In this document: positions 1-12,965 of the stretch, one piece after another
Layout: the number at the start of each line of letters is the position of its first letter
Position numbering within the stretch: the stretch's first letter is position 1
Origin: Hypanus sabinus
Lineage: Eukaryota
DNA length: 64,000 nucleotides
Assembly (NCBI RefSeq): GCF_030144855.1
Contig: NC_082722.1
Coordinates: 27,404,001 to 27,468,000 of the forward strand
Direction: 5' to 3'
Position numbers and translations under genes: made by a program
The notes under the pieces: model-generated
The model's database searches: none
Seen by the model: the letters and a program-made list of their open reading frames with translations, nothing else
What the model was told of the DNA's origin: nothing

Positions 1-229
1 GCCGCTCCGCTTAACCATTCTGTATTTCAGTACGTCGATCTAAGTTACCTTCGCTGATAGGCCCCACACGATAGACCAATGACCGCGAAGCTCTCGTTTT
101 AAATAACAGAGATATCAGTACCGTCTTTAAGCAGGATTTTGTTACCAGAACACTGCAAAGTGGCTACTGCGCATTCACTCAGTAAGGCCCGCAAGTGCAG
201 GTAGTGAGCCAACTAGCGGTGCCGGGAAA

Positions 230-770
230 AGATACTGAATGAAGGACAAAATCTATCAGCATTTGGAAAGGCAAAGAGTGTAAAAGTGACCGTCATAATG
301 AGTTTCTCATGGGGAATCTCTCTCAGAAATTTGATTCAGTTGTCTAGAAGAGGCTGTGCTGAAAATTGCTATGGGAAGGGCGGTAGACTATATCTTAACT
401 AAATTTTGCAAGGTCCCGTATGACAGTCTGGTATAGAACGTTGGTTGACACGGGAGCCAGAGTGAGGCAACCAACTGAACACAGGAATATATAATTGGTT
501 TCCCAGAGGAATCAGACGGTGATAGTGAAGATTTGATACCAAGATAAAGGCCTTCAACTAGTGACGTATTGAACAAGTCGATCCTAATTCCAGTATTATT
601 TGACACCTCTGAAATATTTAGTTAATAGCATTATTAGATTGTTAATAAATTTTAGGGTGCAGCGGAATTAGTGGTATACCAGACAGTGAAAGTTAACTAA
701 GACGAGGGCCTGGGAAAGTGCGCCAAGCAATTGCACATAGATTTTAACTTGGATATTTGCAAATATTGGT
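230..770 (+). mobile_element. Highly degraded CR1 LINE ORF2 (RT) fragments
   Basis: Short stretches resemble CR1 RT DNA seen intact elsewhere in the window (aggacaaaatctatcagcatttggaaagg; ctgggaaagtgcgccaagcaattgcacatagattttaac). No ORF remains. Confidence 0.4.
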
Positions 771-938
771 TCGTTGCTTTTTGCTCAGGTAAGCTACGTC
801 AGAAATTACGCAATAGAGTTCCCTGGGCGTTGAGGTAGAACACGGTGACTGAGAAATACAGGCTCGTGGATCTGTAAAATTGTCGACAGAAGTGGGCTGG
901 CTGGTGAAGGAGTTGTTTATCACCATTGAATCGACAGT

Positions 939-2075
939 TTAGAATCAGAATCAGTATCACAATCAGGTTTATTATCACTCACATGTGTCTTGAAATTTGT
1001 TAACTTTGCAGCAGAAGATCAATGCAATGCATAATCTAGAGAAAGGGAGATCAATAAATCTAATAGACTTTGCGCATAAATCGAATAGATTTAAAACAAC
1101 GTGCAAAAAGAGAAATAACATATATATAAAAATTAGTCGTATTCACGGGTTCAATGCTCATTTAGGAATTAGATGGCAGTGGAAGAAGCTGTTCCTGAAT
1201 CGCATAGTGCGTGCCTTCAGGCTTCTGTTCCCCCTACCTGAAGGTAACAGTGAGAAAAATGGCATGCTTTGGGTCCTCGGGATCCTTAATAATGGATGCT
1301 GCCTTTATGAGACACTGTTCCTTGAAGATGTCCTGAGTACATTGCAGGCTTGTACCCAAATTGAAGCCGACTGAATTTTCCGACCATCTGCAGCTACTTT
1401 CGGTCCTGTAGCCCACGCCTCCCCCACCATGCCAGGCAGTGACGCAGCCTGTCTGAATGCTGTCCACAGTACAGTTATAGAAGTTTTTGAGTGTTTCTGT
1501 TGATCACATCTCCTCAAACACTAATGCAGTATCGTCGCTGTCTTGCCTTCTTTATAGCTGCATCGATATGTTGGGACCAGATTAAATCCTCAGAGAGCTC
1601 AAAGCCCAGGGACTTCAAACTGATCCTTCTCTCCACTGCTAATCCCTCTATACGGATTGGTGTGTATTTTTCGTGTTAACCTACGTGAAGTACACAAGCA
1701 TCTCGTTCGTCTTATTGACGTTGAGTGCAATTTATGGCAATGAGTACAGGATCTGGGACGTCATGTTCAACTGTTCAAATCATCGGTGAATCAGTTGCAT
1801 TCGTTGGTGGCAATATGCTGTGTATTTTGATCGCCAACTGTACAAAAGATGCGATGAAGCTTGAGAAAGGGCAGAAAACATTGACAGGTATGTCAGTAGG
1901 ACAGTCTGACTTTAACCGTATCAAGAGACTGGGGCTATTCATCACTAGAGCACAGGTGCTTGTGCGGTGACCACATATATGTAACGTCAGGATGGCCGCA
2001 GGCAGGAGTATGATCACAGTCTTTTCCCCAGAATCGGATAACTGAAAATGAGAATACATCGATTCCAGCCGAGCG
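939..2075 (-). mobile_element. Rex1/Babar-type LINE 3' fragment (RT C-terminus and tail)
   Basis: Minus ORFs give IIKDPEDPKHAIF and SLLIRLKSDCPTDIPV, which match the RT C-terminal region of this LINE type. An agaatc-repeat tail with a tttatt (AATAAA on minus) sits at the left end. Confidence 0.7.
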
Positions 2076-2700
2076 AGAAAATATTTCAAACGAGTCGAGG
2101 GCAAGCTTTTTCCACAAAAGAGGTTTGGTAAATGGAATAGAGTACCATATGAATCTATAGAAGTGGGTACGAATCCAATGTGTGAAGTACATTTAGATTG
2201 TTACATGGCAGGAATCAAACGCAGCTAAATGTGAACAACTGGCGTTTTCAATTGTCCAATAGTTCAATACTTTCAATTTAATATCAGAGAATGCAAACAA
2301 TATACAAACTGAAATTTCTAGCCTCCGCAGACATCTTGTAAACAGAAGAGCACCATAAACAATCAATGACAATATACAATTTAGAAACCTAAAGCCTTCA
2401 TCCCCCCTCCAAAGACCACAAGAGAGTCCATGATCTGCAGTACAGAAAAAAAAACTAAGCGCCCATACAACCAATGCAAAATGCCCCATCTCTCTCTCTC
2501 TCTTTCCCCCTAACAAAGGGACAAAGAGGTGTCACGCAGCGAGGGAGGGCAGCACCAAAAGCAAACAACTCGTGGAGTTACGGTGTTAAAGTCTGCCGCG
2601 TCGCTCTTTATCAAATTCTCTGACTCGATAATCGGCAACAAACTCTCCCCAATCAACGAGAGAAACTATATGAGTGTACGTGCGCGCGCGCCCCGCGCGA

Positions 2701-2735
<35 letters not shown>

Positions 2736-2745
2736 GGAGAGAGAG
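2701..2745. repeat. Compound microsatellite (GT)10 followed by (GA)n
   Basis: Directly visible in the sequence. Confidence 0.9.
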
Positions 2746-3797
2746 TAAGCAAAGATTGGAACCACACCTATGAAATTAATTCCGTTGCAAAAGTACCGAC
2801 GTGGAGTTCAGAACTGCAAGCTATATTCTCTGACTAGAAGGTAATGATAGGAATCGCATTCGAGGGTAAAACAAAGTACAGATGTCTTAAGAGTTTAAAA
2901 TGCACTTCGCAAATACTGGCCTGATTGTTAATTATTATACAGATAATTGTCAATTGAAATTTGTGTTGAAAAATGTATTTATTTCTTTATATGTACTGAT
3001 AACTAAGAAAAAAAAACATATGTTCCTGTAGATCTTTAGCTGAAAGAAGAAATTGAACAGTGGAGTACGGCTTGGACGAGGGACCGTCCCGACCACGAAC
3101 GAGGTTTTTACGTAATTGTTATTATACCTGCCTCTGCGATGATACCACTTCCTTTGGCAGTTTACTGTATAAATCTACCATCTTCTATGTGAAAACCATT
3201 CCAGGCACAGACCCCCTTTATATATTTGCTCTCTCAACTCAGAGCGATATCCTCTAACTTTAGATCTCCCGGCATGTGAAACGGACTGTAGGCATCTACT
3301 ATATTAATATCTGTTAACATACTTCTTTCAATTTTCAATGCTCTGCAGTGAACAATCCAAGTCTGTCCGATCTCTCTGTGCCACTAAAACCTTCCATTCC
3401 AGGGAATATCCCAATAAATGTCTTCTGTAATATTTCTAACTCCACCATGTGCATTCGATCTTTTGGTGAACAGAAGAGCACACAATGCTCCAAGTGTGGC
3501 CAAGCAAAAGGCTACAGAGACAAATTATGCCCCAACACTCGTGAATAACTGCCAAGAGAGTGCGTAGGCTTCTTAAAATTATTCTCTCTTATGTGGCTGG
3601 GGCCTTGTCAGAGACCGTAATCTCCAAGTGTATTCAAAATGCGTTTTTCTCAGCGGTGCAAGTTGTAATACGTTGAATTTTTTAATGGATTATATTCACA
3701 AACACTTGTTAAATTACTGGGTATTTCACAATTATATTAACATAGATTTCAAAATTATCTTAATATATTTTCTCTATTATATTAATAATATATGAAA

Positions 3798-4014
3798 GAA
3801 ATTCCAACAGTTTGACAACTAAGGCTATGTGTGGGGGAGCATTTCAATTTTTGTGCGGCCACACCAATACAACTTAGAGGGAAAGTGCTGGCGAGTGTTT
3901 CCAGAGTACAGAGGGGAGGGAGGTTGATTTCGTAGGAAACGGAGCTGTGTCCACAATGCTCGGCTGTTTTTGTGGTTTTGTGGAACCTCCTGCTCATAAT
4001 ACGTTGAGTATTGT
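3798..4014 (+). pseudogene. Possible decayed Ig V-domain exon (paralog relic of the 51 kb receptor)
   Basis: With frameshifts it reads VGEHFNFC...KV-W(RVFPE)...FRRK...LFLW/VLWNL...YC. Spacing approximates the intact V (F-C, W at about C+13, E at +18, RR at +27/28, LxLWN). Contains stops and indels; manual alignment only. Confidence 0.3.
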
Positions 4015-4427
4015 TTTTGAGTCGAAGCTTGCATATAACTTTGAATCACTTTACGTTTGAAATTACTTCACATTGTGTTCAATGCAGACGAGTAATATTC
4101 ATTCCGAAAAAAACCTCTCTATATGGACATCTGCATTAACAATTGGTCAAGGGACCGATATAATACTGATGTTCGAATAAAAAATGGAAACATCTCATCA
4201 TCATGCAGAAATGTGTACCCTATGAATAAACGATGTTGTTTCAAACCAACATCTGCACGTTGCATTCACAAAGAGTCATGCAGCAACAAACTACTTCTTC
4301 AACAATGTCCAGAAATCCTGAAACTTTTAACAACATGACAACAATGGCCACTGGAGACACGTTGCCCTATTATTTGAATTTCTGTATATAGATTTATGAA
4401 TACAACTCTGTTCCTTTATTGACGTAG

Positions 4428-4649
4428 AGTTATCACGTCAGGTGTCCCTATCGAACAGCGCAGTCAAATGATTGCTTCTTATTGACATATGCCGGAAGAA
4501 TTAAATATTGCCCAACGAGGAACAAACTTTATACTCTGTTATTATAATTAAGTTACTCAGTGCGTTACCATGAAGCTTTGAAAGTGAAATCGATTCCCGT
4601 ATCTACTTGTTTTCCCTGTGTGTTGGACCACAATTCAGTGAATGCTTAA
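4428..4649 (+). pseudogene. Possible decayed Ig C1 exon
   Basis: Acceptor ...ttattgacgtag. PEELNIAQR (4492) vs intact PEKIEIVWQR. EALKV...FPCVLDHNSV (4611-4640) vs EAISSLEV...YTCLVMHVSL, the C1 YxCxVxHxSL hallmark. Frameshifted, with stops. Confidence 0.4.
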
Positions 4650-5148
4650 AAGATGCTAAGATCAGTTATTTGTTGTTTTCTTCTTATATTACCGTCGAGT
4701 CACAGAGTCAGTCCGCCTCACAGATACATTATTTATTCCTCAGATAATTCTGTAAATTCTATAAATTTGCTGCAGCCCAATGATTATGAAGCTTGTTTTT
4801 GCATCGAGTCCTTTAAGAAAGAATTGTCAGTAGCGGGCTAAGCGAAACTGAGTGGACACTGGTCTACTCTCTTGTTCGATACTTCTTTATATCAGTTTCT
4901 GATTTAGCAGTTCTGCCACGTAATTCATTACAAAAACAAGTGCTTTCGGAAGCCGCAGGTGTCTGCTTAGCGATATATAGCCTTCAAAAACAGATTTTGC
5001 CAGAGTAAAGAAATTGCATGATACCCTGCTTTCAATAAGAACAACGCAATGAAAGACGCATCATTCTTTGCACAAATGCACATGTCTTACAGAGTTACAA
5101 AGTTGTGTTAATGGCACATTACATAAATGGCAAGTTCTTCACACATAT

Positions 5149-5183
5149 TCACGAAAGTCTGAAATGAAAACTCGATGGATATC
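5149..5183 (-). other. Conserved 35-nt core of a local duplicate (copy 1); candidate terminal micro-exon
   Basis: 33/35 identical to 25446-25480. Preceded on minus by a polypyrimidine tract and CAG. Reads (G)YPSSFHFRLS-stop with only synonymous differences between the copies. Confidence 0.35.
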
Positions 5184-6062
5184 CTGATTGGAACGAACAA
5201 CTGAAAAAAAAAAAAAGCAGGAAACAAAAAAGTAGCTTTGCAAAAAAAGGAAGGCATACTCCATTCATGTGTAATTTTGTGTAATTAACAGTATTAATGC
5301 AAGAATGAGAATTAACATTTCAAACTAACACCGGCTAAATATGTCGTTTAAATACACATATAATTTGGATTTCACTTTGGCTTGATCTGACCAATAGTCA
5401 GGATAAACACCTATCAGGTTCTGTGCTAATGTTTTGAACAATTTCAACATAGTGACACAATAATTCAACAATTTTGTGTGAATTAAGTCCTTCTAAGGAA
5501 TCCTGGGCCACTCTTCCGTCAGCTCCTTTTTAATCTCCTTTCAATCCAGTTCTGCGGATCCCAAGCATTTCCTACATTGTTAACAACAATTCCTGTCATT
5601 CTCTCAGTTACCTTGACTGTTCATGAAGCTATGTCCCCTGCACTTCACACTCTAGTTACACGTTGACAGCTGGCCTTAGAGAGCATTTGGCCAGCAACTT
5701 TGCAAGTAGGACTTCTGACTGTGTTGCATTTAATGTTCTACCTCAGTACCTTTCTCATTTTGGCCCTCAACGATTTTACCACTCTAACTGGACAGCACAA
5801 TCACAGCTGCAAGAATACCATAATTAATGATTTCAGTGCGTATCCTCCGGGTTTTCAGACAGCTGGTTGTAGTTCTACTGCAGCTGTTTAATGCTACTCT
5901 AGAACAGTTTTTCCCAGCCATTTCAGCCCAACGCCCCCCCCCCCCCCCACCAAAGCACTTTCATGCTTTCTAACGCCTCATTAAAGAAAATTCAAACTTG
6001 CCAACGCCGCTGTTAGGCACAATAAGCATATCCGCGCTCCCTAGTGTAACACATGTCTGCTA

Positions 6063-7667
6063 CAGTAGCATGTAAAAGTTTGGGCACCCCGGTCAAAATT
6101 CCTGTTAATATGAATAACTAAGCGAGTAAATGATGCACTGATTTCCAAAAGGCGTGAAGTTAAAGATGACACACTTCTTTAATATTTTAAGCCAGATTAC
6201 ATTTTTTTAATTCCATCTTTAATAATTTCAAAGTAACAAAAAAGAAAAAGGGCCCGAAGGAAAAGTTTCGACACCCTGCATGGTCAGTTTTTAGTAACAC
6301 CCACTTTGGCAAGTATCCCAGCTTGTGAACGTTTTTTGTAGCCAGTTGACCGTCTATCAATTCTTGTTTGGGGGATTTTCGCCCGTTCTCTTTTGCAAAA
6401 GGTATCTAGTTCTGTGAGATTCCTGGGCTGCCTTGCATGCACTGCTCTTTTGAGGTCTATCCACAGATTTTCGATGATGCTTAGGTCCAGGGACTATTAG
6501 AGTCATGGCAAAATCTTCAGCTTGCGCCTTTTGAGGTTGTCCATGTGGATTTTGAGGTGTATTTCGGATCATTATCCAGTTGTATAAGCCATCCTCTTTT
6601 CATCTTCAGCTCTTTTACAAATGGTGTGATGTCTGCTTCCAGAATTTGCTGGTATATAATTGAATTCATTCATCTCTCTATCACTGAAATGTTCGCCGTA
6701 CCACTGGCTGCAACACAAGCCCAATGAATGATTGATTCACCCCCGTGCTTAAAGTTCCGAGCTGTACTTTTCAGGAAATTCTGCACCTTTTTTTTCTCCA
6801 ATCATACCTTTGCTCATGTTGGCTATAAAGTACTATTTCAAAATCATCAGTCCACAGGGCTTGTTTCCGAAATGCATCACGCTTGTTTAGATGTTCTTTT
6901 GCAAATTTCTGGCGCTGAATTTTGTGGTGAGGACGCCGGAAATGAATTATTCTGATGTCTCTTCCCTGAAGGTCATATGTTTGCAGGTGCCGCTACACAG
7001 TAAAACAGTGCACCACCACTCAAGTGTCTGCTAACTCTTCGTGATGGTCTTTTGCAGTCAAACGTGGGTTTTGAATTGCCTTTCTAGCAATCCTACGAGC
7101 AGTTCTCTCGGAAAGTTTTCTTGGTCTTCCAGACCTCAGCATGGCCTCCACTGTTCCAGTTAACTGCCATTTCTTAATTACATTACGAACTGAGGAAACG
7201 GCTACCTGAAAACTCTTTGGTATCTTCTTACAGCCTTCTCCTGCTTTGTGGGCATCATTTATTTTAATTTTCAGAATGCTAGGCAGCTGGATAGAGGAGC
7301 CCATAGATGCTGATTGTTGGGACAAGGTCTAGGGATCAGGGCACATATAAAGTTTGAAAGTTGCATTTAATGGCCTTTCCTAACGAAGATCGTGAACAAA
7401 CTATAGCCCTAACAAGTTAACTAGACCTTGGTAAAAGTTATTTGATAGCTCAAATCTCTTGGAGTGCCCAAAATTTGCATTGTGCTCCTCTACTATTTTC
7501 ACTCTAAAACTGTACAAAAATAATAAACTATTCTTGCTAAAAACGTTGAAAAGAATGTTTCATCTTTAACTTTATGACTACTGGAGATTAATTCATCTTC
7601 TACTTAATTAACTAATCACAGTGACAGAAACTTTGACCAGGGATGCCCAAACCTTTGCATGCCATTG
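6063..7667 (-). mobile_element. Tc1-family DNA transposon, IR/DR type, defective (1605 bp)
   Basis: TA flanks at 6061-62 and 7668-69. Terminal inverted repeats of about 210 bp (cagtagcatgtaaaagtttgggcacc / ggatgcccaaacctttgcatgccattg) with inner direct repeats near 6255-6280 and 7460-7489. Minus ORF 7020-7325 carries HTH and GRPRK; downstream DNDPK and ENLWIDLK catalytic-region motifs are broken by frameshifts. Confidence 0.92.
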
Positions 7668-8384
7668 TAGATGCTAACTTGAGTAAAATAAATTCTCAGG
7701 GTTGGCATGTTCACTGATTGACTCCAATTTGTCGTTTGGTTCCAGTCAAGCGCTATACCATTGTTCGACCCGTTTTCCGTACGGCTGTAGAGAAAGTTGA
7801 GAGGGTGTACTTGGCTTACCAACTATTAAATTGTATGATCTCTCTCTATATCACGAGTCCAGGGGAACTGTTGGGCAGCATTGCTGCTAATCTATGCATT
7901 CCAAGTAATATCTGGTCGATTGGTAAGGTTGGATGAGATTGCGGAGTTTCTGAAGCGTTGTGACGGCGAGTGCTCGCCACATGCAGAGCGATGTTTTTTT
8001 TTTCGGGTGTTCCAGTACTTCATCCTTTCATTGTGAAGTGTCTGCTCTAACGGTCGGACAGCTTTCGTGCCTCAAGTTAGAGTGCCGCTTAACACCCACC
8101 CCCTCCCTCCGCCAATAATCATGAACGCCACCCCCCCCCCCGAACGACTTTTATTTTCCCCAATGCCCTCTTAGGACAAGTAACAGTCCCCACTTGTCGG
8201 AATTACTGCTTTATAGTAAAGGAGGTCGTGTTTCCGTGGGATGACTTACCTGCGTCGCTGTTCCTGGTGCTATTTACCAGCATCCTTGAGCATGTCAAAT
8301 AATCATTGAAATAAAAAGAAACAGCTCAACGAACTCAATGGCCCAGGCAACGCATGAGAAGTTAATAGGACGTTGAAAGCTTAG

Positions 8385-11300
8385 AGCGTGGATCAGTACT
8401 TGGAGCTATGACGCGGTGGTCAGTACAGAGACTTGGAATGTTCAGGAAGAGGAATGCTTACTTTAAGTGTCAGGTTTTAGACGTTTCAGAAAGGACAGGG
8501 AGGGTGTCAAAAGAGGTGGGGGTGTAACGCGGTTGATCAGAGATAGCTGACGGCTGCAGAAGTGGTGGACGTCATGGAGGGATTGTCTACAGGGTCTGTG
8601 GGTGGAAGTTAGGAACAGAAAAGGGATAATAGCTCTATTGGGTGCTTTTTATAGGCCGCCCAATAGTAACAAGAATATCGAGGAGCAGATAGGGAAGCAG
8701 ATCCTGGATAGATGTAATAATAAAGTCAAGTCACTTTTATTGTCATTTAGACCATAACTTCTAGTACAGTACAATGTATAAATGAGACAACGTTTTTTCA
8801 GGACCATAGTGTTACATGACACAGTACAAAATTAGACTGAACTACGTAAAAAAGAAACAACACAGATAAAAACTACACTAGACTATCGACCTACCCAGGA
8901 CTGCATAAAGTGCACAAATCAGTGCAGGCATTACAATAAATAATAAACAAGACAATAGGGCAGTAAGGTGTCAGTCCAGGATCTGGGTTTTGAGGAGTCC
9001 GGTAACTTGGGGGAAGAAACTGTTACATAGTCTGGTCGTGAGAGTCCGAATGCTTCGGTGCCTTTTCCCGTCAGGAGGGAGAAGAGTTTGTATGAGGGGT
9101 GCATGGGCTCCTTCATAATGCTGTTTCCTTTGCGGATGCAAGGTGTATTGTAAATGTCCATAATAGCGGGAAGAGAGATCCTAATGAACTTCTCAGCTGA
9201 CGTCACTATCCGCTGCAAGGACTTGCGGTCCGAGATGGTGCAATTTCCGAACCAGCCAGTGATGCAGCTGCTCAGGATTACCTCAATACAACTCCTGATG
9301 ATGTGATGAGGATGGGAGGTGGTGAGAGATGGACTTTCCTCAGCCTTCGCAGAAAGCAGAGAATCTGCTGGGCTTTCTTTGCTATGGAGCCGGTGTTAAG
9401 GGACCAGATGAGATTCTCCGCCAGGTGAAAACCAAGAAATTTGGTACTCTTTACGATGTCTGCCGAGGATCCGTCGATGTTCAGCGGGGAGTGGTCGGTA
9501 CGTGCCCTCCTGAAGTCAACAACCATTTTTTTTTTCGTTTTGTTCATATTTAGAGACAGGTTGTTGGCTCCGCACCAGTCCGTTAGCCGCTGCACCTCCT
9601 CTTTGTAAGCTGACTCGTCGTTTCTACTGATGAGACCGACCACAGTCGTGTCATCGGCGAACTTGATGTGGTTCGAGCTGTGTGTTGCAACACAGTCGTG
9701 GGTCAGCAGAGTGAACAGCAGTGGACTGAGCACACAGCCCTGTGGGGCCCCCGTGCTCAGTGTGATGGTGTTGCAGATTCTGCTCCCGATCCGGACTGTC
9801 TGAGGTCTCCCAGTCAGGAAGTCTAGTATTCAGTTGCAGAGAAAGGTATTCAGGCCCAGTAGGCTCAGCTTTCAAATCAGTTTCTGCAGGATGATTGTGT
9901 TGAATGCTGAACTGAGGTCGGTGAACAGCATTCGAACATACGTTTCTTGTTTGTCCAGGTGGGCTCGGGCCAGGTGGAGGGAGTTGGCAGTTGCGTCGTC
10001 TGTTGAGCAGTTGGGATTGTACGCAAACTGCAGGGGGTCCAGTGAGGGGGGCAGCAGGGTCTTGATATGCCTCATGACGAGCCTCTGGAAAAACTTCATG
10101 ATGATGGATGTGAGTGCAACGGGACGGTAGTCATTTAGGCAGGACACTGAAGACTTCTTCGGCAGGACGACGATTGCGGCGGGCATGAATTAGGTTGGAA
10201 CGGTGGCGCTGCTCAGGGAGATGATGAAGATGTCATACAGAACATCTGCTAGCTGGTCTGCACATTCTCTGAGCACTCTACCACGAATGTTGGCTGGGCC
10301 AACAGCCTTCCGTGGGTTGACCCTGCACAGGGCTCTTCTCACATCGGCCACGGTGAGACACAGCACCTGGTTATTTGCAGGAAGGGTGGATTTCCTCGCC
10401 GCCACGTCATTTTCCGTCTCAAAACGTGCGTAGAATTTATTCAGCGCATCTGGGAGGGAGGCATCACCCGCACAGTTAGGTGATGTTGTCCTGTAATTGG
10501 AGATGTCCCGGTTGCCCTTCCACATGCGCCGTTGTCCTGGAAGTGGCTGTGGATTCGCTGGGCGTGTGCACTCATTGCCCACCCCCACCCCCGATGGCCC
10601 TGGACACTTTGGCCCTTGCTGTTGATAGGGCTGCCTTGTCGCCTGCTCTGAAGGCGGAGTCACGGGTCCTTAGCAGCGCACGCATCTCTGCAGTCATCCG
10701 TGGCTTCTGGTTGGCGCGTGTAGTGATGGACAGAGTAACATCATCAAAGCACTTGCTGTTGTAGTTAGTCACTGATGCTGTGTACTGCTTTAAGTTGGTA
10801 GAGTCTACCTCGAGCAAGGGGTTTAGATGGAGTGGAGTTTATTAGGTGTGTTCAGGAAAGTTTCTTGACACAATAATCAGATAAGCCTACAGGAGGAGAT
10901 ACTATACTTGATTTGGTATTGGGAAATGAACCTAGTCAGGTGTGAGATCTCACAGTGGGAGACATTTTGGAGATAGTGATCATAATTCTATCTCCTTTAC
11001 AATAGCATTGGAGAGAGATAGGAACAGATGGGTTAGAAAAGCGTTTAATTGAGTACGGGGAATTATGAGGCTATCAGGCAGGAAATTGGAAGTTTAAATT
11101 GGAACAAATGTTCTCAGGGACTAGTATGGAAGAAATGAGGCAAATGTTCGAGGGAAATTTGTGTGGAGTTCTGCATGTGTACGTTCCAATGAAACAGGAA
11201 AGTTAGGGTACGTTACAGGAAGGGTGGTGTACAAAGGCTGCAATAAATCTAGTCAACAAGAAATGAAAAGCTTACAAAAGGTTCAGAGAGTTAGGTTATG

Positions 11301-12960
11301 TTAGGGATCTAGAAGATTATAAGGTAACAAGATGGAGCTTAATAAGGACATTAGGAGAGTCAGAAGGGAACATGAGAAAGCCTTGGTGGTCAGGACTAAG
11401 GAAAACGCCAAGGCTTTCTACAAGTCTGTGAAGAGTAAGAGGATAAGACGTGTAAGAATAGGAGCAATCAAGTGTGTTAATGGGGAATTGTGTATGGAAA
11501 CGGAGGAAATAGCGGGGGTACATATTGAATACTTTACCTTAAGTATTCGCTATCAAAAGGATCTTGGTGGTTGTTGGGCAGACTTGCAGCAGACGGAAAA
11601 GCTTGAGCGTGTAGATATTAAGGAAAAGGATGTACTGAAGCTTTTAGAAAGCTTCCAGTTGGATAAGTCGCTGGGACCGGATGGAATGTAACCCAGACTA
11701 ATATGGGAGGCGAGGGAGGACATCGCTGAGCCTCTGCAAATGAACTTTGACTCATCATTAGGGATGGGAGAGTTACCGGAGGATTAGAGGATTGCGGATG
11801 TTACTTATATAAGAAAGGGTGCAGCGATAGCCAAGGAAATTATAGACCAGTGAGTCTTATTTCGGTGGTTGGTAAGTTGATAGAGAATATCCTGAGAGTC
11901 AGAATTTATGAACATTTGGAGAGGTATACTATCATTAGGAACAGTCAACATTGCTTTGTCGGGGGCAGGTCTTGCCTGAAGATTGAAATGAATTTTTTGA
12001 GGAGGTGACCAAACCCATTTATGAAAGAAGAGAAGTAGATCTATCTATATGGTTTTCAGTAAGGCATTTGATATGGTACCCCATAAAAAGGCTTATTGAG
12101 AATATAAGGAGGCATGGGATCCAAGTCGCCATTGCTTTGTGCATCCAGAACTGTCATGCACACAGAAGGCAAAAAGTGGTTGTAGACGGGTCATATTCTG
12201 CATGGACGTCGGTGAACAGTGGAGTGCCTCAGGGATCTGTTCCGGGACCCTTACTCTTTGTGATTTTATGAATGACCAGAATGAGGAATTGGAGGCATGC
12301 GTTAGTAAGGTTGCTGATGACACATATGATGGAGGTGTTGTGGATAGTGTGGGGGGCTGTCAGAGGTTACAGCGGATCTTTGATAGGATGTAAAACTGGG
12401 CTGAGAGGTAGTAGATGGTGTTCAACCTGGATAAGTGAGAAGAGATTTATTTTCGTAGGTCAAGTATAATGGCAGAATATAATCTTAATGGTAAGACACT
12501 TGCCAGTGTGGAGGATCAGGGGGATCTTGGGGTCTGAGTCCACAAGCGCTCAAAGCAGCTGTCCAGGTTGACTCTATGGTTTAGAAGGCACACGGTGTAC
12601 CGGCTTTCATTAAATTCAATTTAGGAGCCGGGAGGTTATGTTGCAGCTATATAGGACACTGGGCAGACCCCTCATGGAGAACTTGCCCACAGAAGGCAGA
12701 GTAGATATAGACAGCACATACTCCGTAAGGAGGTCCGTGACCAGTGGTGTGCCTCGGGGATCTGTTCTTGGATCCCTTCTCTTCGTAAATTTCATGAATG
12801 ACCTGTACGAGGGAGTTGAGGGATGGGTTATTAAATTTGCTGATGACACGAAGGATTGGGGTGTTGTAGATGGTAACCCAATCAGAGGTTACAGAGGGAC
12901 ATCTATAGGGTACAAAACAGGGCTGAGAAGAGGAAGATGGATTCAACACAGATAAATGTG
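8385..12960 (+). mobile_element. CR1 LINE ORF2 (endonuclease to RT), degraded, interrupted by a Rex-type LINE; a second CR1 RT piece restarts at about 12672
   Basis: ORFs 11332, 12005 and 12638 give CR1 motifs (DKSLGPDG, SGVPQGSVPGPLLF, KFADDTK). The endonuclease sequence is collinear on both sides of 8723-10805. Confidence 0.85.
8723..10805 (-). mobile_element. 5'-truncated Rex1/Babar-type LINE (copy A), nested in CR1
   Basis: Minus ORFs give [26 protein letters not shown] and [13 protein letters not shown]. The 3' tail is aataaaagtgacttgact. Confidence 0.9.
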
Positions 12961-12965
12961 AGATG

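Noticed and set aside
8250-8324. Minus-strand candidate exon with perfect cag|gtaagt donor
   Set aside because: Acceptor is ambiguous, the peptide is unrecognisable, and no paralog was found near the second duplicate.
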